From an uncultured Candidatus Saccharibacteria bacterium (lineage in GTDB: Bacteria; Patescibacteriota; Minisyncoccia; Phycocordibacterales; EsbW-18), in NCBI GenBank assembly GCA_964447415.1, contig CAYUSN010000004.1, positions 1-41,199 of the forward strand: DNA of 41,199 nucleotides, in the 5' to 3' direction. A program made the position numbers and the translations under genes. The notes under the pieces are model-generated. The model saw only the letters and a list, made by a program, of their open reading frames with translations. It had not been told where the DNA came from and did no database searches. Shown one piece after another: positions 1 to 7,966 of this stretch (position 1 is the stretch's first letter; every line of letters starts with the position of its first letter).

Positions 1-394
1 GGTCAGGCGCAAAAATATCCTGCAACACTTTTTCAAGATAGTATTCGCCGAGTGCCCCGCGTTGTTTTGAATTTTGCAAAATATCCTGAAGTGACTGCAG
101 TTGGTCGGCAAACGATACCACCTGCTTGTTCGTCTCATCAAGCTTTGTGAGACCTTCGGTCACCTCCCGCACAATGCGTGTGGACTCGTTTAACTGGCTT
201 CTGACCGATTCATGGAGTGTTTTTGTGCTTTCACCAAGCTTTTGGTCTACCGTGCGTGATACCTCATTTAACTGCTGGAGGATAAGCGAAAGGCCCTTGT
301 CGTCGCCGGTGTCGCTTTTTTTGCGCGTCAAAAGCCAGATAATGACGCCCATAAGCACCAGCACCGCGACCGTCAACAAAAGCTGTATGTCCAT
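1..394 (-). CDS. rmuC: DNA recombination protein RmuC, N-terminal part (gene continues past the left edge)
   Basis: Absent from the ORF track because there is no stop in the window. A reverse-strand ATG at 392-394 opens a frame that I translated by hand and that stays open to base 1: MDIQLLLTVAVLVLMGVIIWLLTRKKSD...NSKQRGALGEYYLEKVLQDIFAPD. It has an N-terminal TM helix, a coiled-coil stretch and the QRGxxGExxLE block typical of RmuC. Confidence 0.65.
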   Translation of the reverse strand, partial: MDIQLLLTVAVLVLMGVIIWLLTRKKSDTGDDKGLSLILQQLNEVSRTVDQKLGESTKTLHESVRSQLNESTRIVREVTEGLTKLDETNKQVVSFADQLQSLQDILQNSKQRGALGEYYLEKVLQDIFAPD

Positions 395-417
395 ATATGC
401 AGAGTATACCACGCACC

Positions 418-3045
418 CTACCGCGCTCTGAAAACAAAATATTTCGTCGCCTCAATCACGCAAAGGTTGACGAACGCGAGAGCGAGCAACAGTAATACAC
501 CAAACCTGTCGATGCGCACAAGCGAGAGAAGGTCCCTGAGCGGTTCGAGGACAAATGCGGCAAGCAGCAGCAGAAAACTTCCGACAACCGACCAGACAAG
601 ATACGGATTGCTGAAGATATTGATTCGCCACACAGGGACGGTGAAATTTTTTAGAGAAAACGCAAAGGTGAGCGCCGACAACGAAAGTGCCCCGAACATA
701 ACCGTCTGAATGTACGGGAGCGACACGTGCATGTCCTCAAGAAACAAATACACAATAAACGCGAGTGCGCCGGTGACGATGCCGCTGCCGAGAATACCGC
801 GCCGCACATCGCGCGTCAGAAGTTTTTTGACGTTCTCACTCCGCGGATTCCGTCTGAGTATGCCCGCCTCCGCAGGTTCAAACGCAAACGCAAACGACAG
901 AAACCCTTCCTGCACGATGTTGAGCCACAAAATCTGCACCGGCAGAATCGGCAACGCAAAACCGCCGACAATCGCGCCGATGATAATCATCACTTCACCG
1001 AACGACGTCGCAAGCAGGTGCGTAACCATCTTTTTGAGATTGTCCATGATGCGTCGTCCTTCTTCGATTGCCGCAACGATGATGGAGAAACTGTCGTGGA
1101 TAAGCACAAGATCGGACGCTTCTTTAGCGACTTCCGTCCCGCTTCCCAGCGCCACGCCGATGTCGGCTGCCTTAAGCGCCGGCGCGTCGTTAATGCCGTC
1201 TCCCGTCATCGCCACCACTTCGCCCGCGTTCTTGAGCACCTTTGCCATGCGCATTTTCTGCAACGGCAGTACGCGCGCAAATACCGCATGCTGTCTGAGC
1301 GCGGCAAGCAACGCATCATCCGACAGTGTTTCAATTTCCTGCCCTGTCACGACCACTCCGTCGGTTTCAATGCCGACTTGCCGCGCAATTGTGCGTGCCA
1401 CAGCCGGATTATCGCCGGTCAGCATCCGCACGGAGGCACCCGCCTCCTGCGCCGCACGCACCGATTCACGCGCATCAAAGCGGAGCGGGTCTTCAAACAA
1501 TAGCAGTGCGCCAAACGTGAGCCCCTGCAATACGGTTTCCTCGGAAAGCGTGCGTATATCAAATTTCTTTGTCACGTCTTTCCACGCAACCGCGAGAATG
1601 CGGTACCCGCGGGCGCTTTCCACTTCAAACATATTTTCCGTTTTCTGTTTCTCTCCCGCCGCAAACCGGCGCTTTTCGTTGAGACCGCACATGGTCGAGG
1701 CCGAAAGCAGTATCTCCGGCGCACCTGCAACATACATCCGTCGTTTTCCGGTCTCGCGATTTTCGCGCACGTACGCACCGAACTTGTATCGCGAATTAAA
1801 CGGCAACGCGCCGACAATCGGATTACGGTCATCAAACCGTTTCTCCGCACCCAACTGCAGTGCGCTTTCAACCATAATTTTTTCCATCGGGCGTCCGCTG
1901 ACACGCGTCTCGTTTTTCCCCGCACTCTCAAACACCACATCCGACGCATATGCACCCAGCATAAGCGCGTCCCGCGCGACATCCCCCTCAGTCACACTTC
2001 CCTCGCCCGGAACGTGCGCACTCTTAAACATCATCTCCGCGCGCGTGAGCGTTCCTGTTTTATCAGTCAGAATAAACGTCGTACTGCCGAGCGTCTCGGC
2101 GGTCACAATGGTGCGCACGAGTCCTCCGCGGTTAAGCAGCCGCTCCACCCCGATGGCAAGCGCCACCGCAACCGCCGCAGGCAGTCCTTCGGGCACGACA
2201 GACACCGCAACGGCAACGGCAAGCAACAGCATAGTCGCCACCGACTCACCGCGAAGCACACCGAGTATAAAAATAATTACAACGACCACTGAGGCGATAC
2301 TGGCAAGAAACCGCGCAAGCCGTGTGATGTTTTTTTGGATAGGTGTTTCGGTGTCCTGTGTGGCAAGCAACTGCGCCGCGATTTGCCCCATTTTCGTCTG
2401 CGTGCCCGTCGTCACCACCACCCCGCGCCCGCTTCCCGAGACCACCGCCGTTCCCATCCACAGCATATTTTTCTGATCGGTCGTCGGCGTATTCTCGGGC
2501 ACCCGCTCAAGATTCTTTTCAACGGGCGCCGATTCCCCCGTCAGAGGCGCCTCGTTCACAAACACGTCCCGCTCCGACAACAGCCGCATGTCCGCGGGAA
2601 CCAGCTCGCCGGCTCCGAACAGCACAATATCCCCGGGCACGAGCTCCCGCGTTGAAATGCGTTTCGTCTGCCCCGCGCGGACCACAAGCGTATCGCGTTC
2701 CTGATATGACGAAAGACGCTCAAACGCGCGGTCTGTGCGCCCCTCCTGAAACAACCCGACGCCGATATTAATGAGAATAGCAATGACAATCACAAGCGTG
2801 TCCGTGTGCTTGCCCAGCACCACTGTTGCGACAAGTGCCAGTCCCAGAATAAGGACGAGCGGGCTTCTCAGATACCGCCAAATTTTACGGACAAGCGTGA
2901 GCCGAACTTTCTTTTCAAAATGATTAGGACCGAAGATTTTTTTCAGGCGCGCCGCCTCTTCAAAAGAAAGACCGTGTACTGCGTCGGTGCCCAGCCATTC
3001 AATGACGTCTTCCGTCGGGTGTGCATGCCACTGTCGTGCGTCCAT
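418..3045 (-). CDS. P-type cation-transporting ATPase (P2/Ca2+-Mg2+ type)
   Basis: 875 aa ORF with the DKTGTLT phosphorylation motif, TGES-like LTGES, the MLTGDN and TGDGINDAPALK hinge motifs, and about 10 TM segments. Confidence 0.93.
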   Translation of the reverse strand: MDARQWHAHPTEDVIEWLGTDAVHGLSFEEAARLKKIFGPNHFEKKVRLTLVRKIWRYLRSPLVLILGLALVATVVLGKHTDTLVIVIAILINIGVGLFQEGRTDRAFERLSSYQERDTLVVRAGQTKRISTRELVPGDIVLFGAGELVPADMRLLSERDVFVNEAPLTGESAPVEKNLERVPENTPTTDQKNMLWMGTAVVSGSGRGVVVTTGTQTKMGQIAAQLLATQDTETPIQKNITRLARFLASIASVVVVIIFILGVLRGESVATMLLLAVAVAVSVVPEGLPAAVAVALAIGVERLLNRGGLVRTIVTAETLGSTTFILTDKTGTLTRAEMMFKSAHVPGEGSVTEGDVARDALMLGAYASDVVFESAGKNETRVSGRPMEKIMVESALQLGAEKRFDDRNPIVGALPFNSRYKFGAYVRENRETGKRRMYVAGAPEILLSASTMCGLNEKRRFAAGEKQKTENMFEVESARGYRILAVAWKDVTKKFDIRTLSEETVLQGLTFGALLLFEDPLRFDARESVRAAQEAGASVRMLTGDNPAVARTIARQVGIETDGVVVTGQEIETLSDDALLAALRQHAVFARVLPLQKMRMAKVLKNAGEVVAMTGDGINDAPALKAADIGVALGSGTEVAKEASDLVLIHDSFSIIVAAIEEGRRIMDNLKKMVTHLLATSFGEVMIIIGAIVGGFALPILPVQILWLNIVQEGFLSFAFAFEPAEAGILRRNPRSENVKKLLTRDVRRGILGSGIVTGALAFIVYLFLEDMHVSLPYIQTVMFGALSLSALTFAFSLKNFTVPVWRINIFSNPYLVWSVVGSFLLLLAAFVLEPLRDLLSLVRIDRFGVLLLLALAFVNLCVIEATKYFVFRAR

Positions 3046-3094
3046 AGTGGGCTTTATGATACCATGTTGGAGTTATTCAAATTTCTATATACGT

Positions 3095-3547
3095 ATGTCA
3101 CTACACCAAGACATTAAAGGAGGCATCATGCAGGCGCTGAAAGCAAAAGAGCAGACACGTCTGTCGGTGTTGCGCGGACTTGCAACGGCGTTTACCAACG
3201 AACTCGTCGCAAAAGGACGCAAACCTGACGGTGAGTTGGAGGACGATGAGGCGCTCGCGGTCATTGCACGCGAAGCAAAGAAGCACAAAGAATCAATTTC
3301 ACAGTTTGACGCGGCAGGACGCGTCGATCTTTCCGAACCGGAAAAAGCGGAACTTGCGATTATTGAAGCGTTTCTCCCCGAACAGATGAGCCGCGAGGAA
3401 ATCGTGTCATTTGTGGAGAAAAAAATCACCGAGACGGCTGCCTCCGCCGCACAGAAGGGACAGTTCATCGGCGCGGTGATGAAAGACCTCAAAGGAAAAG
3501 CCGACGGCAAGGTGGTACAGGAGGTCGTCAACGAACTTCTGAAATAA
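3095..3547 (+). CDS. yqeY: GatB/YqeY domain protein
   Basis: From the ATG at 3095 the product starts MSLHQDIKGGIMQALKAKEQTRLSVLRGL, matching the usual YqeY N-terminus (MSL..I...MK.A.KA.....L..LR). It also has EAFLPEQMSREEI and a KGKADGK..V tail. The longer track ORF (2987) adds a Cys/His-rich non-homologous extension. ATG 3128 (preceded by AAAGGAGG) is an alternative start. Confidence 0.85.
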   Translation: MSLHQDIKGGIMQALKAKEQTRLSVLRGLATAFTNELVAKGRKPDGELEDDEALAVIAREAKKHKESISQFDAAGRVDLSEPEKAELAIIEAFLPEQMSREEIVSFVEKKITETAASAAQKGQFIGAVMKDLKGKADGKVVQEVVNELLK

Positions 3548-3553
3548 ACACAC

Positions 3554-3584
3554 AAAAAAACCGGCACTCTCTGCCGGTTTTTTT
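3554..3584. terminator. Bidirectional rho-independent terminator
   Basis: A7-CCGGCA-ctctc-TGCCGG-T7 lies between convergent yqeY (+) and the RayT/small-ORF unit (-). Confidence 0.8.
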
Positions 3585-3598
3585 GTGCGTTATTTTTT

Positions 3599-3781
3599 CT
3601 AGCAGGGTTCGCCCGTACTAGTGATACACGTGGAGAACGGAATGTCGGTATTTGTCTCAAGTCCCGAGGAGAACATCAGCGTATTGATTGCAAACAGCAC
3701 AAGAAAACTCACTAAAAGCACGGCAAGAAATCCGAGCACAAACTTGAAGAACGTATGATTAATGAGGTCTTTGAGCTTCAT
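3599..3781 (-). CDS. Small hypothetical membrane protein (60 aa)
   Basis: The ORF has one strong TM helix (FFKFVLGFLAVLLVSFLVLFAI). Its ATG overlaps the TGA of the upstream transposase gene (ATGA, 3778-3781), and the terminator follows directly. No family recognised. Confidence 0.45.
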   Translation of the reverse strand: MKLKDLINHTFFKFVLGFLAVLLVSFLVLFAINTLMFSSGLETNTDIPFSTCITSTGEPC

Positions 3782-4458
3782 ATAATGTTCAGTATATCAC
3801 TTAGTGGCGAGGCCTCTAAAGAGGCCTCGCCACTAAGTTCCCTCCGTTTTCTGATACTAGCAACCGTTTCTTTTGCAAATTTTTCGTACGCATAACTATC
3901 CTTAAATTGGCTCAATATAATGTCTTTTTCACACACTCCACCAGCACCGTGCGCTGTATATTCCTTCCAGCTCGAGCACACCGGAAGATTTCCAAAAGAT
4001 GATTTGTGCACATGGTTATTTAAATTGACGTATGCACTTACATAGAGCAATTGCTCGTTGTTCTCAATATAAACGGACTTAAACGGCCCCTGAAAAAGTG
4101 CGCCGTTACGTTCATGTCGGTCATTAAAATATCTCGTATAGCCAGTTCCTACCTTGTGTAGTAGTTGCTGTATCCCGTCATCTGTCGTTTGGCGAAATAT
4201 GTAATGAAAATGATTCGGGTTGAGACAATAAGCAATGACGTCCGCCAGTTTATCCGACTGAGTGGCGAGGCCTCTCAGTTGGTGCTCCTTGAATGAGTTG
4301 ATATAGAGACCGCCTGTTGGTCCGGGAACATTAAATTCGAGTACACTCTTGATAAAACGATCTTGATCTGCGGCATCCATAAATATCTGACGCTTATCCA
4401 CCCCACGATTAAATACGTGGTAATACTCCCCGGTCACGAGTGGTGTTTTTCTTTTCAT
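3778..4458 (-). CDS. Y1/HUH transposase, RayT / IS200-like (COG1943 type)
   Basis: Motifs seen: YYHVFNRGVDKRQIF, the HUH motif in NPNHFHYIF, YTRYFNDRHERNGALFQGPFKS, and a catalytic-Tyr region LLYVSAYVNLNN. The last ~13 codons (LSGEASLEASPLS) are the translation of a palindromic repeat. Confidence 0.85.
   Translation of the reverse strand: MKRKTPLVTGEYYHVFNRGVDKRQIFMDAADQDRFIKSVLEFNVPGPTGGLYINSFKEHQLRGLATQSDKLADVIAYCLNPNHFHYIFRQTTDDGIQQLLHKVGTGYTRYFNDRHERNGALFQGPFKSVYIENNEQLLYVSAYVNLNNHVHKSSFGNLPVCSSWKEYTAHGAGGVCEKDIILSQFKDSYAYEKFAKETVASIRKRRELSGEASLEASPLSDILNII
3800..3837. repeat. REP-like perfect palindrome, copy 1 (CTTAGTGGCGAGGCCTCT / AGAGGCCTCGCCACTAAG)
   Basis: The two 18-nt arms read directly from the sequence are exact reverse complements, separated by 2 nt. 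The palindrome lies inside the 3' end of the transposase ORF. Confidence 0.9.
4261..4275. repeat. REP half-site inside the transposase coding sequence
   Basis: AGTGGCGAGGCCTCT is identical to one arm of the flanking palindromes. It encodes ...LRGLAT... in the transposase. Confidence 0.8.
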
Positions 4459-4505
4459 ACTGAGAGGCTAAACCACTAAGTATGAAAAGAAGCTAAAGAA
4501 GGTGT

Positions 4506-4547
4506 TTAGTGGCGAGGCCTCTAAGTACTTAGAGGCCTCGCCACTAA
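4506..4547. repeat. REP-like perfect palindrome, copy 2
   Basis: TTAGTGGCGAGGCCTCTAAGTACTTAGAGGCCTCGCCACTAA is a 42-nt perfect palindrome 48 nt upstream of the transposase ATG. A decayed half-copy (CTGAGAGGCTAAACCACTAAG) lies at 4461-4481. Confidence 0.9.
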
Positions 4548-4604
4548 TAAGTACTGTGGATATTCGAGGGAAGCGTACTTGGGAAAAAGAAAACCGGGTA
4601 ACAC

Positions 4605-4630
4605 AAAAACCGCCCCGAGGGGCGGTTTTT
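4605..4630. terminator. Rho-independent terminator (bidirectional shape)
   Basis: AAAAACCGCCCC-gagg-GGCGGTTTTT lies just downstream of the minus-strand gene ending at 4672. Confidence 0.8.
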
Positions 4631-4671
4631 GCTGGCTAACAGAGTTTCTCTGTCAACACACACTAAGAAAC

Positions 4672-6594
4672 TTAGAGTGCGTTGAGGAAGAGGTAACCTG
4701 TGTCTGCGTCCGTGTCCTCACCCAAGTTTGAGGTGTAGAACTGGTCTGCAGTTGCGTCGGCTGTCGCCCAGTTGATCGATGCAAGCCAGATCTTGAAGTT
4801 TGCCGGATCCGGATCATCGTCACCAGTAATCGACACCGTCAAACGGTAGGTCTCAGTATCACCGTCATCAATGAAGAAGTCGGTACCTGAGTTATCTCCG
4901 TTGTTACCACAGTTGCTGACACACTCAAGAATCGCTGAGTTGATGACCAGCTCATCAGCACCATCGATATCGTAGACAAAGAGAACACCTTCTCCCGCCG
5001 TTGAAATACCAAGTGTTGATGTTGAGGTCGTTGCTGTTGCTGACTTGTCGAGATAGACAACCGTGTCGTTTGCCGTCACGTCGAATTCGACAGTAAACTT
5101 ACCAGTTGATGTTTCACCAGCATCATCTGCTGTGAATGTCAGAACCGCATCAGCTTCTACGTTGCTGATTTCAACACCTTCTGAGATGAATGTCTGGGTG
5201 TAACCGTTTGCTGAACCTGTGAGGTCAGTAACTGCTTCACCTGACTCATCTTCTGCGTCAGTCTCTGAGACATCGAGGTCTGCTTCGAGCGTGTCGCCCT
5301 CCGCAAAGACCGTTCCGTCAATCTCGAGCATTTCTGCCGAAAGCATACACTCAATTGAGTCGCCTTCGTCAATTGTGAATTCGAGATCTGTGAAGACTGT
5401 CGTTGATGCAGGTGTTTCACTCCACTCTTCGCCATCACAGACGAGAATGAGGTCGCTCACTTGCTGAACAACGCTCGGTGCTGATGTCGTGAGGTCAAAT
5501 TCAAGTGAGAAGACTTCAATGTCAGAACCCTCCGCTGCGAGTTCGAAGCCGAGAAGATCTGCCATGAATTCATCATCTGAATCACCAACAACTGTCTGTT
5601 CGTCTGGATTGTCAGATGACTTACTTGCCTGAAGTTCAACATCGTTTGCCGATGAGAATGTCTCAACTGTGAATGCCTCCGGACCAACGCCGTCGTATGA
5701 ATCGGTCACACCGTTCGGTGATGATGCACGAATACCGTTGTCAGGAATTTCAACATCCCAGCCCTCGTTTTCAATGTCGCTGTTGACTGTGTTCGGACCT
5801 GAAACTGCGATGAGAAGGTCTGCTGTGTCGCCGTCCTCAACGATACCGTCGAGGCCAACAAAGCGGAATGTGTACTCATCGTCACCACGGTCGTAACTTG
5901 CTTCATCAACGTCCATGCGGCCGAGCTCTTCGCCGTCAAGCCACACCGAAACGTCTGTGATGAAGTCATCAAGGTCGTCCTCTGCTGCATCAGACGGGTT
6001 GTCGATAACAACCGTTACGCGCTCGATCATCTGGTCTGCACCATCTGCCTCGATTTCCGCGCCGAGAACTGTTACATCCTCTTCGTCTTCACCAACTTCC
6101 TCGTCTCCGTACTTCGAAATCGCAGTAACGTCGATTGAACCCTCGTCGTCACCTGAGAAGAAGTCGTCGTTGCCCATGTCGTCATCGTCGTCGCTCATTG
6201 ATGTTCCGCCGCACATCGTGTTGTACTTAGCCCGTGAAATCGGACCCCAGTAACCCGCTGCCGGTGAAATGCCGTTTGCTGATTGCCATGCGGCAAGAGC
6301 TGCTTGAGTAATAGGACCGAAGAAACCTTTAGCACCTGTGTAGGTGAAGTATCCCTTGTCCTGCAGAAACTGCTGCAACGCTGTGACGTCCGCACCGTTG
6401 TTTGAACCAATGGTGAGGTCGCTCGTGAAGTTGTAGCAGCCTGCGCTTGAGCTTGAACCACCCTGCAATGCTGCAAGTTGGGCAAGAAGCGCATTGACTT
6501 GTGCCTGAAGATCTTCAACCGTTGCTGCAGATGCAGGAATTGCAAGTGCTGCTGCGGCAAGAAGACCAACGAGGCCTGCTTTCTTTAATGACAT
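4672..6594 (-). CDS. Secreted, extremely acidic surface protein with N-terminal peptidoglycan-binding (PG_binding_1-like) domain
   Basis: I start it at ATG 6594 (MSLKKAGLVGLLAAAALAIPASA signal peptide, AAGGGGAG RBS upstream). A coiled LQAQVNALLAQLAALQ stretch follows, then VTALQQFLQDKGYF...GPITQAALAAWQSANGI (PG-binding repeat), then about 480 aa that are very D/E-rich. Confidence 0.8.
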   Translation of the reverse strand: MSLKKAGLVGLLAAAALAIPASAATVEDLQAQVNALLAQLAALQGGSSSSAGCYNFTSDLTIGSNNGADVTALQQFLQDKGYFTYTGAKGFFGPITQAALAAWQSANGISPAAGYWGPISRAKYNTMCGGTSMSDDDDDMGNDDFFSGDDEGSIDVTAISKYGDEEVGEDEEDVTVLGAEIEADGADQMIERVTVVIDNPSDAAEDDLDDFITDVSVWLDGEELGRMDVDEASYDRGDDEYTFRFVGLDGIVEDGDTADLLIAVSGPNTVNSDIENEGWDVEIPDNGIRASSPNGVTDSYDGVGPEAFTVETFSSANDVELQASKSSDNPDEQTVVGDSDDEFMADLLGFELAAEGSDIEVFSLEFDLTTSAPSVVQQVSDLILVCDGEEWSETPASTTVFTDLEFTIDEGDSIECMLSAEMLEIDGTVFAEGDTLEADLDVSETDAEDESGEAVTDLTGSANGYTQTFISEGVEISNVEADAVLTFTADDAGETSTGKFTVEFDVTANDTVVYLDKSATATTSTSTLGISTAGEGVLFVYDIDGADELVINSAILECVSNCGNNGDNSGTDFFIDDGDTETYRLTVSITGDDDPDPANFKIWLASINWATADATADQFYTSNLGEDTDADTGYLFLNAL

Positions 6595-6823
6595 AAATTT
6601 TCTAATTTCTCCCCTTGTTATAGGGAGTCTGATAACTAATAACATTTGTTAATCACTAACCCGCACGGCCAATGCCGTCCCGGTGCTAGTTTGCGTATAC
6701 CAATACTGATCTCACAGTAAAGCCTTCCTGTTCACGTCTGTCGTGGCAGAATTTTCTTCCTTTCTCTATTTGATTTTCAAAGTTCGGGCACTCAAGAATA
6801 AACTCCCGTTTCTGTGCATCACC

Positions 6824-6869
6824 ATTATAGGTTCGCAAACGCACAACAACAAAATTCTTTGTGGATAAC
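6824..6869 (-). promoter_or_regulatory. Putative promoter: GTTATCCACA box - N30 - TATAAT
   Basis: On the minus strand there is TATAAT (6824-6829), TTGTTG as a -35 at 17-nt spacing, and an exact TTATCCACA 9-mer (6860-6868) 30 nt upstream of the -10. It lies about 230 nt upstream of the 6594 start. Confidence 0.5.
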
Positions 6870-6918
6870 CAGAATTGCGTTGTTTTGGGCGCTTTTTTAT
6901 TGATACCTATACGGGGTC

Positions 6919-6927
6919 AGTATAGCA
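6919..6927 (-). promoter_or_regulatory. Extended -10 box TGCTATACT (second, distal promoter)
   Basis: Exact copy of the 9-mer also found in front of three other minus-strand genes (17583, 34153, 35829). Confidence 0.4.
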
Positions 6928-7007
6928 CGAATTACATCCCTATTTCAAGAATCTCGGCATCTGCTTCTCCAATACAAAAAACAGGGAAAAACGTTACGAA
7001 AAACGGC

Positions 7008-7769
7008 CTATTTTGCGAACGAGTATACCGTCCACCGACGCTCACCGGACTTCTGAATTCGGCCCTGAGACACGAGGTCTATAAGGTCTCTCTGAATGGT
7101 CTTTTCGCTGAAGTTCGGAAAATTAGCAGATATGTCTTTAATCATCGCATTTCCCTTCTCCTTAAGAAGCCGTATGATCTCACCTTTTCTTTCATTTGAA
7201 ACACCCTCATGAGTGTCCTTTAGATTTCCATGTACAGTGCCCGTGTTTTCTTTTTCCTCCGTATGTCTTTTCTGTCCTTTATTTACACTGTTTGTCCTTT
7301 TGTAATGTCCTTTAGAAGTCTGTTGTACACCCGACGCCGTTTTCCAGACAAAACCCGAAAAAAGCGACTCCGTGGAGAGCACCTGGTTGCCTTTGACTGA
7401 ATGAACATGTTTTGCTGCATTTTCCTGAAACACAAGCAGTTCCCGTATTAAAACTTCATGATTCATGGGCGAGACCAAGCCGGACAACACACCGATGTCC
7501 AAAAGGGACCGGATAGCTGAAATGTCCTCAAGAACACTTCTTTCGTCACCGGGTATTGCGTCCGGCCGGACGGAACGGGAGAGCACACCTGTATGAGACA
7601 TCGTTTCAAGGACTTTTGTTCTGAGCGACCACTTAAGCGGTTCCTGATCCTCAAAAAGCCCTGTAAGAAGGTATACCGCAGTTACCAGCTTCCTCGCATG
7701 CGCATAAAAGTCATCCGAGGCACCATACATCTGAACAATGTCTTTTTGTGTGTCTTTTTGAGGCTCCAT
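7008..7769 (-). CDS. Hypothetical transcriptional regulator with C-terminal DeoR-like winged-helix HTH
   Basis: 253 aa. The C-terminus GEIIRLLKEKGNAMIKDISANFPNFSEKTIQRDLIDLVSQGRIQKSGERRWTVY follows the DeoR-N HTH pattern. The N-terminal domain is unassigned. Confidence 0.6.
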   Translation of the reverse strand: MEPQKDTQKDIVQMYGASDDFYAHARKLVTAVYLLTGLFEDQEPLKWSLRTKVLETMSHTGVLSRSVRPDAIPGDERSVLEDISAIRSLLDIGVLSGLVSPMNHEVLIRELLVFQENAAKHVHSVKGNQVLSTESLFSGFVWKTASGVQQTSKGHYKRTNSVNKGQKRHTEEKENTGTVHGNLKDTHEGVSNERKGEIIRLLKEKGNAMIKDISANFPNFSEKTIQRDLIDLVSQGRIQKSGERRWTVYSFAK

Positions 7770-7903
7770 ATGTCCTTAATGAGTTTCAAAGACAACACCA
7801 TCCTACTCTCCGTCTTCTAAAAGACAAGTCCGTGAATGTCGTTTATGGCCACTCCCAAACACTATTTCTTTTTTGTCGAGAACACAGTTATCCCCACCTA
7901 AAA

Positions 7904-7955
7904 AATACGTGCGTATACGCAGTTTTTCGGCATCTAGAAATACGGTGCGTGATAC
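7904..7955. promoter_or_regulatory. Operator-like repeats in the divergent regulator/ftsK intergenic region
   Basis: AATACGTGCGTATAC (7904-7918) contains the perfect 12-nt palindrome TGCGTATACGCA (7910-7921). It is repeated as AATACGGTGCGTGATAC (7939-7955), which overlaps a TACAAT -10 (7953-7958) 8 nt before the ftsK ATG. Confidence 0.45.
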
Positions 7956-7966
7956 AATGAACGTGT

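Larger units (their letters stand above)
3800..4547 (-). mobile_element. RayT/IS200-like unit: Y1 transposase gene bracketed by identical palindromic (REP-like) hairpins
   Basis: This is a 748-bp unit with a single HUH/Y1 transposase gene. The same 16-18 nt arm sequence forms hairpins at both ends. Confidence 0.7.

Noticed and set aside
126-431. 101-aa plus-strand ORF at the left edge
   Set aside because: The opposite strand encodes a convincing RmuC N-terminus that stays open to base 1. The plus-strand product is Ser/Thr-rich with no recognisable features.
710-2476. 588-aa plus-strand ORF (and several other 60-260 aa ORFs at 467-2789) opposite the P-type ATPase gene
   Set aside because: Their translations are low-complexity and Ser/Arg/Ala/Pro/Thr-rich, with no motifs. 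They lie antisense to a gene carrying unmistakable P-type ATPase motifs. This is typical of spurious antisense frames in GC-rich coding DNA.
2987-3094. Longer N-termini offered by the ORF track for yqeY (2987), pilC (28173), msrB (35341), the surface protein (6645), rpsF (13700) and the 649-aa protein (17597)
   Set aside because: The extensions are compositionally odd or overlap neighbouring genes. Internal ATGs give N-termini matching the family pattern or a signal peptide, mostly with an RBS or a -10 box at the right distance.
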